A DNA stretch of 64,000 nucleotides, from positions 20,691-84,690 of the forward strand of contig JADFOP010000001.1 in the NCBI GenBank assembly GCA_022562795.1. The letters run 5' to 3'. This DNA is from Nitrospinota bacterium (GTDB taxonomy: Bacteria; JADFOP01). The notes below the pieces were generated by a model. That model did no database searches and was not told the origin of the DNA. It saw only the letters and a program-made list of their open reading frames with translations. Numbering within the stretch: position 1 is the stretch's first letter; each line of letters begins with the position of its first letter. Position numbers and translations under genes: made by a program. Below, in pieces: positions 29,778 to 39,358 of this stretch.

Positions 29778-30944
29778 ATGGCCATCGCACGCATCGAAGT
29801 CTTCCACGTCCGCCTTCCTTTGCGGTGGTCCGTCGGTCACGCCGCCGCCAGGCGCCAGGTCAGCGAGAACCTCTTCGCCGTTGTAGAGCTGGCCGATGGT
29901 ACGACGGGGTTAGGAGAGGGTTTGCCCCGGCCCTACGTCACCGGGGAGACCATGGCCGGGTGCTGGCGGAGCCTGGAGAGGTTTGACCTTGAGGCCCTTG
30001 TTGCCGCCTGGCCGTCTCTTGGCGAGATCGATCGGTTGCTTGATGTCCTGGTGGCGGGCGAGAAGGCGGCGCCCTCAGCTCGGGCCGCCTTGGAGCTTGC
30101 CATGCTCGACGCTCTGGGCAGGACGACCGGCGTCTCGGCCGCCGCCCTGGTCGCTGATCTCCTGGACATGGATGCTCCGGGCGGTCGAGAGATATCCTAC
30201 AGCGCTGTGTTGCCCTTCGCCCGCCCCGCCATTCTTCGGCTGTTATGCTGGGGGGCGCGGGCCTATGGCTTCACCTCGGCCAAACTCAAGGTCGGCGGCC
30301 CGAACGTTGAGGAGGACTGTAGGCTGCTCGAGGAGGTCAGGGGCTGGCTGGGCCCTGATGTGGAGCTTAGGGCCGACGCCAACGGCGCCTGGTCGCCTGG
30401 GGATGCCCTCACCTTTATGGAGGTCTGCCCTCGGGTCCGTCTCGCCAGCCTCGAGCAGCCCGTCGCCCCGACTGCGTGGGGCGGGTTGGCCGAGAGGCTC
30501 GCCGACCCTCCGCCCGTCTCTCTCATGGCCGACGAGGGCGTCTGCACGATGGAGGACCTCGCTCGTCTGACGGCCTCGAAGTCGATCCAGGGCCTAAACT
30601 GCCGCATCGCCAAGATGGGGGGTCTTCTTCCGGCGGCTCGAATCGGACGGGCGGCGGCGGGGCTCGACCTCCTCGTGGGGTGTCACGTGGGCGAATCGAC
30701 GGTGCTCTCTGCGGCGGGCCGCCATCTGGCGGCGTTACTGCCCGAAGCCCGCTGGTTCGAAGGCTCCTACGACCGGTGGCTCCTCTCCGCCTCCATAGCT
30801 CGGAAGCCCCTGGGCTTCGGCAGAGGGGGTCGGGCTTCCGTGGAGCTTTCCCCCGGCCTTGGGACCGAGCTCCGGCGAGACGTACTAGAACGGCTTACCC
30901 TGAGGCGTATGGTTCTCTGGCCGCCGAGAGGAGGTGGGGGATGA
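29778..30944 (+). CDS. enolase-superfamily enzyme (mandelate racemase/muconate lactonizing/dipeptide epimerase-like)
   Basis: KLKVGG, ELRADANGAWS, SLEQPV, LMADE metal ligands/catalytic Lys pattern. Confidence 0.75.
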   Translation: MAIARIEVFHVRLPLRWSVGHAAARRQVSENLFAVVELADGTTGLGEGLPRPYVTGETMAGCWRSLERFDLEALVAAWPSLGEIDRLLDVLVAGEKAAPSARAALELAMLDALGRTTGVSAAALVADLLDMDAPGGREISYSAVLPFARPAILRLLCWGARAYGFTSAKLKVGGPNVEEDCRLLEEVRGWLGPDVELRADANGAWSPGDALTFMEVCPRVRLASLEQPVAPTAWGGLAERLADPPPVSLMADEGVCTMEDLARLTASKSIQGLNCRIAKMGGLLPAARIGRAAAGLDLLVGCHVGESTVLSAAGRHLAALLPEARWFEGSYDRWLLSASIARKPLGFGRGGRASVELSPGLGTELRRDVLERLTLRRMVLWPPRGGGG

Positions 30945-31795
30945 AGGCCACGGGTCAGCGGCATAGCCTCGCGGCGGCCGACGGCGTTGACTTGGCCCTC
31001 TACGCTTACGGGCCCGAGACGGCGGAGCGGGCGGCCATCGTCCTGCACGGCATCCAAAGCCACGCGGGTTGGTTCACGGCGAGCTGCGAGGCCCTCGCGA
31101 ACGCAGGCCTCCGGGTCATCTGCCCCGACCGGCGAGGCTCCGGCGCGAGCGGCGGAAAGCGGGGCCACACCGCATCGCCGGATGTGCTCCTGGACGACCT
31201 CGGGCGGATCGTCTCATGGGTTCGGGCAGAGCGGCCCGGCCGCCCCCTTCAGGCGGTCGCGCACTCCTGGGGGGCCGTCTACGCCCTGGCCTACCAGGGG
31301 CGTGAGCCTTCGGCCTTCGAGCGCTTAAGCCTCGTGAGCCCGGGCCTCTTGCCCCGGGTCGACCTGAGCCCCACTCAGAAGGCTGCCGTCGCTCTCGGCT
31401 CCCTCATCTCACCCGAGCGCGTCTTGCCAATCCCAATAAGTGGCCCGGAGGCCTTCACGGCCAACCAGGCCAAGCGGGACGCCATCGGAGCCGATGAGGC
31501 CCGCCTCAAGTACGCCACGCTCCGCTTCTTTTCCTCTGCCTGGCGGCTTCGCCGTCGGGCCTCAGCCGCCGCACGCCGCACCGAGGCCCCCATGACCGTC
31601 TTTTTGGCAGGCACCGATACCATCATCGACACCGAGGCGACCCGGAGGTTTTTCTACGGGTGCGGCGAGGGAGTCCGGGTGGAAACCTTCGATACGGCCC
31701 ACCATACCCTGGAGTTCGAGGACGACCCGGTCGCCTTTCTCGACTCCCTGGTTCTGTGGTGCCTGGCCCCGCCGGGCCGAGAGGTGTCCCTGTGA
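30941..31795 (+). CDS. alpha/beta hydrolase (lysophospholipase/monoglyceride lipase-like)
   Basis: IVLHGIQSHAGWF, nucleophile elbow AHSWGAVYAL, C-terminal DTAHHTLEFE; ATG overlaps upstream stop (ATGA), GAGGAGGTGGGGG RBS. Confidence 0.7.
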   Translation: MKATGQRHSLAAADGVDLALYAYGPETAERAAIVLHGIQSHAGWFTASCEALANAGLRVICPDRRGSGASGGKRGHTASPDVLLDDLGRIVSWVRAERPGRPLQAVAHSWGAVYALAYQGREPSAFERLSLVSPGLLPRVDLSPTQKAAVALGSLISPERVLPIPISGPEAFTANQAKRDAIGADEARLKYATLRFFSSAWRLRRRASAAARRTEAPMTVFLAGTDTIIDTEATRRFFYGCGEGVRVETFDTAHHTLEFEDDPVAFLDSLVLWCLAPPGREVSL

Positions 31796-32721
31796 TCTGC
31801 ATCACCGGTGCGGCGGGCTACATTGGCAGCCACGCCGCTTTGGTCCTTGCCGATCGCGGCGCGGCTCTGCGTGCCTTCGTTAGACCCACGGCGGCGGCCG
31901 GGGAGAGAGCCTTTCTTCAATCGCACGGCGCCGAGATTGTCCTGGGGGAGGCGGCCGACCCCCAGGCCATGGAGCGGGCGTGCGCGGGATGCCGGGCAGT
32001 CCTCCACTGTGTGGGGGGCATGCATCCGCCCAGAGACGGCGGCTTCCGCTCCCTCCACGAGGGGCCCGCCGAGGCCCTGGCGGAGGCCGCACAACGGACA
32101 GGCGTAGAGAGCATCGTCTTGGTCTCGGTCGTCGGCACCGCGTTAGAGGCCGACACCGCCTACCACCGGACCAAGGCTCGCGCCGAGGAGATCCTTCGCT
32201 CCGGTGCTTGGGAGACAACCGTAGTGCGGCCATCCCTCGTCTACGGCCGGGGCGGAGGGCTTAGGGATAGCAGGTTCATGGTGCGCTTGGCTGCCCACCT
32301 GCATAGCGGTCGTCCCTTTCCGCTGCCGGGCGGCGGCCAGAGCCTCATCCAGCCCATCTTTATGGATGACTTGAGCCGGGCTTTGGCCCTAAGCGCCGCC
32401 GAGGGTGTGGGGGCGGGTCGCACCGTCGAATTGGGTGGACCCGAGCGGATGACCCTTAGGGCTTGGGTGGAGCGGCTGGCGGCGGTCCTCGGCGTTCGTC
32501 CCAGGCTGCTTCCTCTGCCCCAGGCTATTGGGTTGGCCCTTGCCGCCTGCGCGGAACGCCTATTCTCCACTCCACCCATTACGGTTGACCAGGTTCGTCT
32601 CATGGGCCACAATTTCATAGCACCTCTCGACGGCATCGAGGCGACCTACGGATTCGCCCCAACGAAGCCTGCCGAGGGGCTGGAGAAATCCTACAGGGCG
32701 ATTGCCGACGAGGACTCATAG
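31792..32721 (+). CDS. NAD(P)-binding epimerase/dehydratase (atypical SDR, NmrA-like)
   Basis: ITGAAGYIGSH Rossmann motif; GTG overlaps upstream stop (GTGA). Confidence 0.7.
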   Translation: MICITGAAGYIGSHAALVLADRGAALRAFVRPTAAAGERAFLQSHGAEIVLGEAADPQAMERACAGCRAVLHCVGGMHPPRDGGFRSLHEGPAEALAEAAQRTGVESIVLVSVVGTALEADTAYHRTKARAEEILRSGAWETTVVRPSLVYGRGGGLRDSRFMVRLAAHLHSGRPFPLPGGGQSLIQPIFMDDLSRALALSAAEGVGAGRTVELGGPERMTLRAWVERLAAVLGVRPRLLPLPQAIGLALAACAERLFSTPPITVDQVRLMGHNFIAPLDGIEATYGFAPTKPAEGLEKSYRAIADEDS

Positions 32722-32732
32722 AGGGAGACGCC

Positions 32733-33926
32733 GTGCGACGGCCCAGTACGCTTCCACCGTTGTCCCCATGGACCCTCCTGCTCTGTGGGCTCACCCTACT
32801 TATGGGTGGCTGCCAGGGAATCCCCAGCTATCTGTCGCCCACGGGGCGTTTCTCCAAGCCTCCGCGCATCATCGAGGCCCACTCAACGGAGACCGATGAC
32901 GGCTGGACCCTGGCGCTCAAGCGGTACCGGCGGGCGGGAAACACTGGGCTCCTCGGGCCCGTGGTGCTATGCCACGGCTTCTCCACGAACGGGTTCTTTT
33001 GGGACCTCGACGAGGCCCATAGCCTTGCCCGCTACCTGGCCGACCGCGACTTCGACGTATGGGTAGTGTCCCTCCGGGGAGCGGGCGCCAGCACGAAGCC
33101 TGGGTTCAGCGCCATCAAAGGCATAATCACCACGCGTCTGGCCGATCTGCCGGCCACCATCTCGCGGTCCACCCTCGACCCCAAAAAGTTCAACTGGACG
33201 GTGGACGACTATATCGACCACGATGTGCCCGCCATCATCTCCTACGTGACCGGGGCCACAGGCCGGCCGAAGCTATGGTGGGTCGGCCACTCGATGGGGG
33301 GGATGATCCTCTTCGCCCACCTTGAGCGGGTGGACGAGGCCCGTGTGGCGGGCTTCGTGGCTGTGGCCAGCCCTATGGCCATACCCCAGCCGCCCAACGA
33401 CATCCTTCAGGGCATCCTCAAGCAGTCCTGGTTGCTGAAGCTCTCGGCCTTGGCTGTTAATGCAACGCTCCCCGCGAAGCTCGCCTCGCCCCTGGGCGGA
33501 GCGGTGCAGACGCCCCTTGACGCCCTCTTCTACAACCGCGACAACATGGATCGGGCCACCATCACCAGGCAATTCTTTATCGGGGTGGAAGATATCTCGA
33601 CGGCCGTCCTCGACCAGTTCAACCAAATGATTCGAACGGGCGAGTTCAAGCGGGCCGACGGCTCCTACAACTACACGAGGAACCTCGGCAAGGTCACGGT
33701 TCCGGTGCTGCTGGTGTCGGGCCAGGTGGACAACCTCGCTCCGCCCGAGGTCGTCCGCTTCGCTTACGATCAGGTGTCGAGCACGGATAAGACCTACCGA
33801 ATGTTCGGCCGCATCAACGGCTACCGGGCCAACTACGGCCACAACGACCTCGTGCTCGGCATACGCGCCCGAGACGAGGTCTTCCCCCTCATCGCCGACT
33901 GGCTCACCGAGAGGGCCGGCCCCTAG
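32733..33926 (+). CDS. alpha/beta hydrolase lipoprotein
   Basis: Lipobox LLMGGCQG; nucleophile elbow GHSMGGMI; C-terminal YGHNDLV. Confidence 0.7.
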   Translation: MRRPSTLPPLSPWTLLLCGLTLLMGGCQGIPSYLSPTGRFSKPPRIIEAHSTETDDGWTLALKRYRRAGNTGLLGPVVLCHGFSTNGFFWDLDEAHSLARYLADRDFDVWVVSLRGAGASTKPGFSAIKGIITTRLADLPATISRSTLDPKKFNWTVDDYIDHDVPAIISYVTGATGRPKLWWVGHSMGGMILFAHLERVDEARVAGFVAVASPMAIPQPPNDILQGILKQSWLLKLSALAVNATLPAKLASPLGGAVQTPLDALFYNRDNMDRATITRQFFIGVEDISTAVLDQFNQMIRTGEFKRADGSYNYTRNLGKVTVPVLLVSGQVDNLAPPEVVRFAYDQVSSTDKTYRMFGRINGYRANYGHNDLVLGIRARDEVFPLIADWLTERAGP

Positions 33927-34027
33927 ACGGCCGTAGCGGGATCTTTAAGTACCACGGGCAATGATGTAGATTGGGAATCTCGCAGGTTATAGGGCGGAAC
34001 TAACCTTCATTAATAGGAGGGCGGAAA

Positions 34028-34204
34028 ATGGCGTTGGTAGTCAATTGCAGGGACGTTGGGGCGGATTGTGATTTTGAGGCCCGCGCGGATACTGAAGAAG
34101 AGCTTTTTAAAATTCTCACTGAACACGCCAAAAGTGGCCATGGGATGGAGGACATTCCGCCGGAGCTCGTCGAAAGAGTACGGGCTGTCATCCGCGTGGA
34201 ATAG
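34028..34204 (+). CDS. DUF1059 small metal-binding protein (58 aa)
   Basis: MALVVNCRDVGADCDFEARADTEEELFKILTEHAKSGHGMEDIPPELVERVRAVIRVE matches DUF1059 consensus; AGGAGG RBS 9 nt upstream; below the 60-aa ORF-track cutoff. Confidence 0.65.
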   Translation: MALVVNCRDVGADCDFEARADTEEELFKILTEHAKSGHGMEDIPPELVERVRAVIRVE

Positions 34205-34272
34205 CGTTAGCTAGTCTGGCTTCCAGCTCCCTGGAGGCTTAATTCGGGTGAGCTGGGGCCGCGTCCGCCCCT

Positions 34273-34659
34273 TCATCCAACCGCTACGGCCTGGGCCACT
34301 GCCATGTCGCCCTCGTGGGCCAATGAGACCAGGACGGTTTGGCCGCCGAGGCCCTCGAGATGGGCCTGGGCGGCGCCCCTAAGCGTGCAGACCGGTCGTC
34401 CGTAGTCGTCGGCGGTGACTTCGACGTCGCGCCAGCCGACCCCCCGGGCCCACCCGGTCCCGAGAGCCTTGAAGACCGCTTCCTTCGCGGCGAAGCGGGC
34501 CGCGAGGTGCCGGGCAGGGTCGGCCCGCCCGGAGCACTCGTTCCTCTCACGGTGGGTGAATACACGCTTTAAGAAGCGCTCGCCGTGGCGGTCTATAGCC
34601 CTTCGGAATCGCTCGATCCCCACCATATCGATCCCGGTGCCCACCACGGCTCCTCGCAT
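34273..34659 (-). CDS. acpS: holo-[acyl-carrier-protein] synthase
   Basis: GIDMVGIERF...HLAARFAAKEAVFKALG AcpS motifs; ATG overlaps GT2 stop (TGATG). Confidence 0.8.
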   Translation of the reverse strand: MRGAVVGTGIDMVGIERFRRAIDRHGERFLKRVFTHRERNECSGRADPARHLAARFAAKEAVFKALGTGWARGVGWRDVEVTADDYGRPVCTLRGAAQAHLEGLGGQTVLVSLAHEGDMAVAQAVAVG

Positions 34660-35798
34660 CAGCCCGCCTCCGGCCGGTAGAGGCGGCCACGCCATACTAC
34701 CGCCCCACCCATGGCGCAAACCCAGGCCACGTTGGCCATCAGGCCAACCAACACTAGGCTCGCCAGTGGGCTTGCCAGTGAGGCGTAGGGACTCATCCCC
34801 TGAAGCCGGTAGCTTCGCCAAAGGGTGGCCGAAAGAAGCCCGCAGGTGGTGGCGGCGACGACCCACGTGAGGCCACCTCCCGCCACGAGCCAGACGAAGG
34901 GCCACAAGCCCCCGAAGAAAGCCTGAAGTAAGCCGCTGATAGCCGGTTGCGCCCTGCGCTCGAAGAGGTGTACGAAGATGCGGAGCCAGCCGGCCCAGAG
35001 ATCGCCAAGGGAGGTGTACATGCGCGTTGTCACCATGGCCGTGCCATAACCTAGGAAGAACCGCCGCTGGCTCTTCTTCAATGCTCTGGCCATGGCGATG
35101 TCCTCCAGGAGGGCTCCGCGGCACTCGTTGTGGCCCCCGATAGCTAAATAGGCCTCACGCCGGACGAGGAAATACTGGCCGCTGGCGAAGACGGTCGGGT
35201 CGGAGGGGTCGTTGACTCGGAGGGCCGGGTACCAGAGCACGCAGACCCCGCCCAGCATGGGCTGCACCACCTGCTCCCAGAAGGAGCGGGCTTCGAGCCT
35301 GGGTAGGAGGCTCAAGGCGTCGAGCTTGTGCTCCTCGGCGAAGGCCAGCGCTGAGGCGAGGCTTCCGGGGGCGTGGGTGGAGTCGGCGTCGGTGAAGAGC
35401 AGCCAGGGTTGGGTTGACGCCTCGTAGCCCACGCGGCAGGCGTTGTTCTTGCCCGTCCAGCCCTCCGGGAGCCCTTCTGTGGCTAGGAGCCGCAAGCGGG
35501 GTTCTTCTGAGGCCAGGGCTCTCACCACCCTGGCGGTCCCGTCGGTCGAGCGGTCGTCCACGACAAGAATCTCCGCCGGGGGGGCGGATTGAGCGAGCAG
35601 GGAGGTGAGGCAGTGAGCGATGTTGGCCTCCTCGTCTCTCGCCGGGACAATGACGCTTACGGGCAGTTCGCCCTCAGAATCCGGGTCGGGGGTGAGGAAC
35701 GGGTCGCGGCGAGGGGCGACGAAAGTCTCTCGAAGCCTGCTCATCCAGACGAGCCCGACAAAGGCGAGAGAGAGAAAGACGAAGAGAGCCCAGAGCAC
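34659..35798 (-). CDS. family 2 glycosyltransferase (membrane)
   Basis: VSVIVPARDEE...ILVVDDRSTDGT GT-A DxD context; N-terminal TM and C-terminal TM helices. Confidence 0.75.
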   Translation of the reverse strand: MLWALFVFLSLAFVGLVWMSRLRETFVAPRRDPFLTPDPDSEGELPVSVIVPARDEEANIAHCLTSLLAQSAPPAEILVVDDRSTDGTARVVRALASEEPRLRLLATEGLPEGWTGKNNACRVGYEASTQPWLLFTDADSTHAPGSLASALAFAEEHKLDALSLLPRLEARSFWEQVVQPMLGGVCVLWYPALRVNDPSDPTVFASGQYFLVRREAYLAIGGHNECRGALLEDIAMARALKKSQRRFFLGYGTAMVTTRMYTSLGDLWAGWLRIFVHLFERRAQPAISGLLQAFFGGLWPFVWLVAGGGLTWVVAATTCGLLSATLWRSYRLQGMSPYASLASPLASLVLVGLMANVAWVCAMGGAVVWRGRLYRPEAG

Positions 35799-37106
35799 CT
35801 AGGAGTCCTCGGCGGCCGCCAGGGCCAAAACAACGCAGTGGCCTCCAAGGCCCCGGGAGATGGACAGGGCGAGGTCGAAGGGGTGGGGCCGGGCGGCGCC
35901 TGCCACCACATCGAGGTCGCAGGCCGGATCGGACTCGGTGTAGTTGATGGTGGGCGGGACGGTCTGGTCGCTCAGTGCCGCGAGGGAGATGACCGCCTCG
36001 ATTGTGCCGCTGGCGGCCATTGTGTGACCCATCATGCTCTTGGTAGAGCTGACCGGCACCCGGCCGACGCATGCCCCGAGAGCCAGCGTGATGCCTGCCG
36101 CTTCGGTGGCGTCGCTGGCGACGGTTGCGTTGCCGTGGGCGTTAATGTAGCCGACCTCCTCGGGCTGGCGGCCTGCATCGGCGAGGGCCTGACCGATGGC
36201 CCGTGCTACCTCGGCTCCGTCTGCTCCGAGCTCGATGAGCCCCGTATCGGCGGTGGCACATCCGTAGCCCACCACTTCGCCGTAGATGCGCGCCCGGCGG
36301 GCGCGGGCGTGCTCCCATTCTTCGAGGACGAGGGCGCCCGCCCCCTCGGCTGCAACCGTTCCTCGGCGGCGGGCGTCGAAAGGCCGGCAAACGGTCTCCG
36401 GAGGCTCGTCATTGCTCGGGGCAAGCAGCCCCAGCCGCCAGTAGTCGAGCATCTCCTTGCCGTGGATGAGGGAATCGTAGGCCCCGGCAACTGCCACGAT
36501 ACACCGGCCGGTCTCAATAGCCTTGGCCGCCTCGCCGACGCTTTGAGCGCCTGAGACCCCGGCGTTGACGATGTTCATGTTCGGCCCCTGAGCGTTGACT
36601 GCGATGGAAGTGAACGACAGCGCGTTGTTGGGCAGCACCGTAAGAAGCCACAGCGGGTTTATTTTCTCCAGCACCTTATCCCCGAAGGCCTTGATGTCCA
36701 CCTCTCCTTCGGGCCCCAGGGTATCGGACACGGCGGGGAAGAAGTCCTCGGTGTCGGTCATCTTCCCCCCGCCGGCGCCGATGTATACCCCGGTCCGAAC
36801 CGGGTCGACCTCACCAACATCAAGGCCGCTGTCGGCCCAGGCCAAGGATGTGGAGGCGACGCCTAACTGGACTGAACGGCGCATCAGCTTAAGCGCCTTG
36901 CGGTCGATGTGCTGCCGGGGGTTGAAGTCCTTGACCTCCGCTCCTATGCGCACCGGGAAGGTCGAGGCGTCGTAGCTAGAGACCTCGGCGACACCCGAGA
37001 CGCCCTCGCAGCAGGCGGACCAGACGGCGTCGAGGCCAGTGCCTATGGGGGTGATGAGCCCCACGCCGGTTACGGCCACCCGTCGAGCGCTTCGGCCCCT
37101 AGCCAC
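35799..37106 (-). CDS. beta-ketoacyl-ACP synthase (KAS I/II)
   Basis: VAVTGVGLITPIG N-terminus, active-site Cys and His/His motifs (AHGNAT...GHTMAASG). Confidence 0.85.
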   Translation of the reverse strand: MARGRSARRVAVTGVGLITPIGTGLDAVWSACCEGVSGVAEVSSYDASTFPVRIGAEVKDFNPRQHIDRKALKLMRRSVQLGVASTSLAWADSGLDVGEVDPVRTGVYIGAGGGKMTDTEDFFPAVSDTLGPEGEVDIKAFGDKVLEKINPLWLLTVLPNNALSFTSIAVNAQGPNMNIVNAGVSGAQSVGEAAKAIETGRCIVAVAGAYDSLIHGKEMLDYWRLGLLAPSNDEPPETVCRPFDARRRGTVAAEGAGALVLEEWEHARARRARIYGEVVGYGCATADTGLIELGADGAEVARAIGQALADAGRQPEEVGYINAHGNATVASDATEAAGITLALGACVGRVPVSSTKSMMGHTMAASGTIEAVISLAALSDQTVPPTINYTESDPACDLDVVAGAARPHPFDLALSISRGLGGHCVVLALAAAEDS

Positions 37107-38088
37107 TTGCTGTTACCTCCTCGGCTTCGAAGCGGGCCCGCCAGAGGGCCTCCCGCGCCTCGGCAAGGACAGGGGGGACTGTGGCCGGCTCGAGCCTGTA
37201 TAGCGCCAGGCAGCTAACAGCCTTCTCGCCTTCTACGGTTCCTGCGAGGGCGAGTTCCGCCTCCTCCTCGTCCCAGCGGCGGACCTTCGCTTCCATTCGA
37301 AGGAGGTCGCCCGGCTGGAGGAAACGGCGAAATTGGATGCTTCTGACCTCCCGTAGTGTCGCTCGCCGGGGCGGATCGGGCGATTCCGACCGACCCCGCT
37401 CAAGCAGGCATAGTCCCACTTGGCTCAGGGCTTCAGCCATGATGGTTCCCGGCATCACCGGTCGCTTGGGGAAGTGGTCGTCCAGGATCGACTCTATACG
37501 CGTTACGGCCTTGACGGCCACAAGCCGCGTCCCCGGCTCCCAGGCCACGACCCGGTCCACCAGGGGGTAAGGCCAAAGCTGCCCCGCCAGGAAGGGCCAG
37601 CGCTCCTCCAACCCATCGGCGCTCCAGACGGCGTCGGCATCAGGTTCCTCGCCGCAAAGGAACCGGTATCGGGCTCTGACGAGGGCCTCGTCCTCCAGCG
37701 CCTCGATGGGGACGTAGGCGCAGGTGCCGTTCTCGAGGGTGGCGATGACTCGGCCGTCTACGAGGGCCCGGCCGCTACAGAGAGCGCCTTCCTCGTTCAT
37801 GGAGTGGATGTCGGCCTCGATCCGAAGCTGGTCGCCCGGGCGGGCCCAGCCGTCGAAGGACATCTTGCCGGTTGTGACGGCGATTGGCTTGACCCGAAAC
37901 TCCATAGAGACGATGACGAGCCAGGAGATGCAGTGGGCGATGGACTCGGCAGCATGGGCCAGGGGCAGGAGTGGACAGCCCGGGGTTAGCTCGACTAAAC
38001 CCGGCTCGCTCATCGCGACGTTCTTCACCCCAACGGCCCGTTTGCCCGGGACCACCTCGAGAAGGCGATCGACGAAGAGAAAGGGCAT
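37099..38088 (-). CDS. tandem hot-dog fold (FabA/FabZ-like) 3-hydroxyacyl-ACP dehydratase
   Basis: Two hot-dog domains (MPFLFVDRLLEV... and ...DHFPKRPVMPGTIMAEALSQV). Confidence 0.6.
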   Translation of the reverse strand: MPFLFVDRLLEVVPGKRAVGVKNVAMSEPGLVELTPGCPLLPLAHAAESIAHCISWLVIVSMEFRVKPIAVTTGKMSFDGWARPGDQLRIEADIHSMNEEGALCSGRALVDGRVIATLENGTCAYVPIEALEDEALVRARYRFLCGEEPDADAVWSADGLEERWPFLAGQLWPYPLVDRVVAWEPGTRLVAVKAVTRIESILDDHFPKRPVMPGTIMAEALSQVGLCLLERGRSESPDPPRRATLREVRSIQFRRFLQPGDLLRMEAKVRRWDEEEAELALAGTVEGEKAVSCLALYRLEPATVPPVLAEAREALWRARFEAEEVTASG

Positions 38089-38093
38089 GGTCC

Positions 38094-38558
38094 TTAGCGG
38101 AGAATGGTGGGTGGCTCGCCTGAGAGCACCCCTCTGAGAAGCCCGCGCCAGCCAGAGGCGAGCGGATCGTCAACCACCCCGTCAAAGCGGTACTTAAGGC
38201 GCGCCCGGACGGCCGTCTCCCCCTGGAGAGTCGCTTCGGCCTCGATGACGGCGGCGTCCCGACTGGCTTCCACGACGACGACCGAGTAGTTCAGCACTTG
38301 GCCGGGGCGTGCTGTCTTTAAGAAGGTCGCCTCCCCCACCGCCTCGAGGATCGGGTGGCGTGCTCCCGCCTCCGCCAGCACCATCTCGGCCAAGGTGCAT
38401 AGTCCGTGGAGGGCGATGGGGCCCGGCAGGGCCGGATCGGTGGGCGAGCCCTCCGGCACCGGGCAGTCTGCGGCGCTCACCGCCTTGAGGCCCGTTCCTC
38501 CACGACCCGGCTCTATGCTTATCACGCGATCGAGCACCCTGAGGATCCCTCCTCCCAC
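38094..38558 (-). CDS. hot-dog fold dehydratase/thioesterase-like protein
   Basis: VLDRVISIEPG...ALHGLCTLAEMV hot-dog core. Confidence 0.5.
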   Translation of the reverse strand: MGGGILRVLDRVISIEPGRGGTGLKAVSAADCPVPEGSPTDPALPGPIALHGLCTLAEMVLAEAGARHPILEAVGEATFLKTARPGQVLNYSVVVVEASRDAAVIEAEATLQGETAVRARLKYRFDGVVDDPLASGWRGLLRGVLSGEPPTILR

Positions 38559-38696
38559 GGGAATTCAAGTATAGCCCACCGTTCGGGCCCTAGCAACCGC
38601 CCTCCTCCCTCGGTTTAAGCAGGGGGAGGATGAGGAGGCCCTTGAGTGGGGGGTGCAATCCTGTGTGGAGGTTCGATGGGTCGTCCGTCGCGAGGG

Positions 38697-39287
38697 TCAT
38701 TGAGGCTTTTCGGCCTTACCTCCCCGTTCCATCTCATCCAGGATCTCTTCGATCCTGGCCTGCAGCGCCTCAGCCTCCACCTGAATTTCAGGGCCGGCCT
38801 GCGCCCTAAGAGCCCCCAGCGTTATGTACGTGAGTCTGAGGCTACGGGACAATTCGTTTTGGCGGGCGTCCTCAGCCCGGCGATTCAAAGACCCCATCTG
38901 GCCCGAGAGCTGCTCGAGCGTCGCCCGGGTCTGCGTCTGCCCCTCATTCAGAGCTCGCAGCTCGGCCTCGGGCTTCGGCGGGCGAAAAAATAAGAAGGCA
39001 AAGGCCAGCAGCGCTATGAGGGATAATCCGATCGATAAATAGCCAAGGGTGTTGAATTCGAGACGAAGGGCGGGGCTGACATCTTCCAGGCTCGGGACCC
39101 GAGGCTTCGTGGCCGCGGGGTTTTCAGCGGGAGGGGCCTGGCGGGCCCTTTGGTAGAAAGCCCCCAGGCGCTCGGCCCGACGCTCTCGTTCCTCGGCGCT
39201 TTCCTCATCGGACTCATCACCAGGCAGATGTTTGAGCGCTTTGGCCATCGCTGCTACCCTCTCAGGCCCTGCCCGCAAGTCTATCAT
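38697..39287 (-). CDS. membrane protein with coiled-coil (hypothetical)
   Basis: Single TM (LGYLSIGLSLIALLAFAFLFF) then Q/E/R-rich helix; start uncertain (ORF track to 39401 would overlap the divergent Cys-rich gene). Confidence 0.35.
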   Translation of the reverse strand: MIDLRAGPERVAAMAKALKHLPGDESDEESAEERERRAERLGAFYQRARQAPPAENPAATKPRVPSLEDVSPALRLEFNTLGYLSIGLSLIALLAFAFLFFRPPKPEAELRALNEGQTQTRATLEQLSGQMGSLNRRAEDARQNELSRSLRLTYITLGALRAQAGPEIQVEAEALQARIEEILDEMERGGKAEKPQ

Positions 39288-39358
39288 GCCACCGGGCCAT
39301 GTGGAAGCTGCTTCCGAGCACCGCTTGACAGAGCCGAAGGGCCGCGATACCGTACGCG

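Noticed and set aside
30476-30940. Long N-terminal extension of ORF 30476-31795
   Set aside because: It lies entirely inside the enolase-superfamily gene in another frame. The hydrolase domain begins at ATG 30941 with a strong RBS and ATGA coupling.
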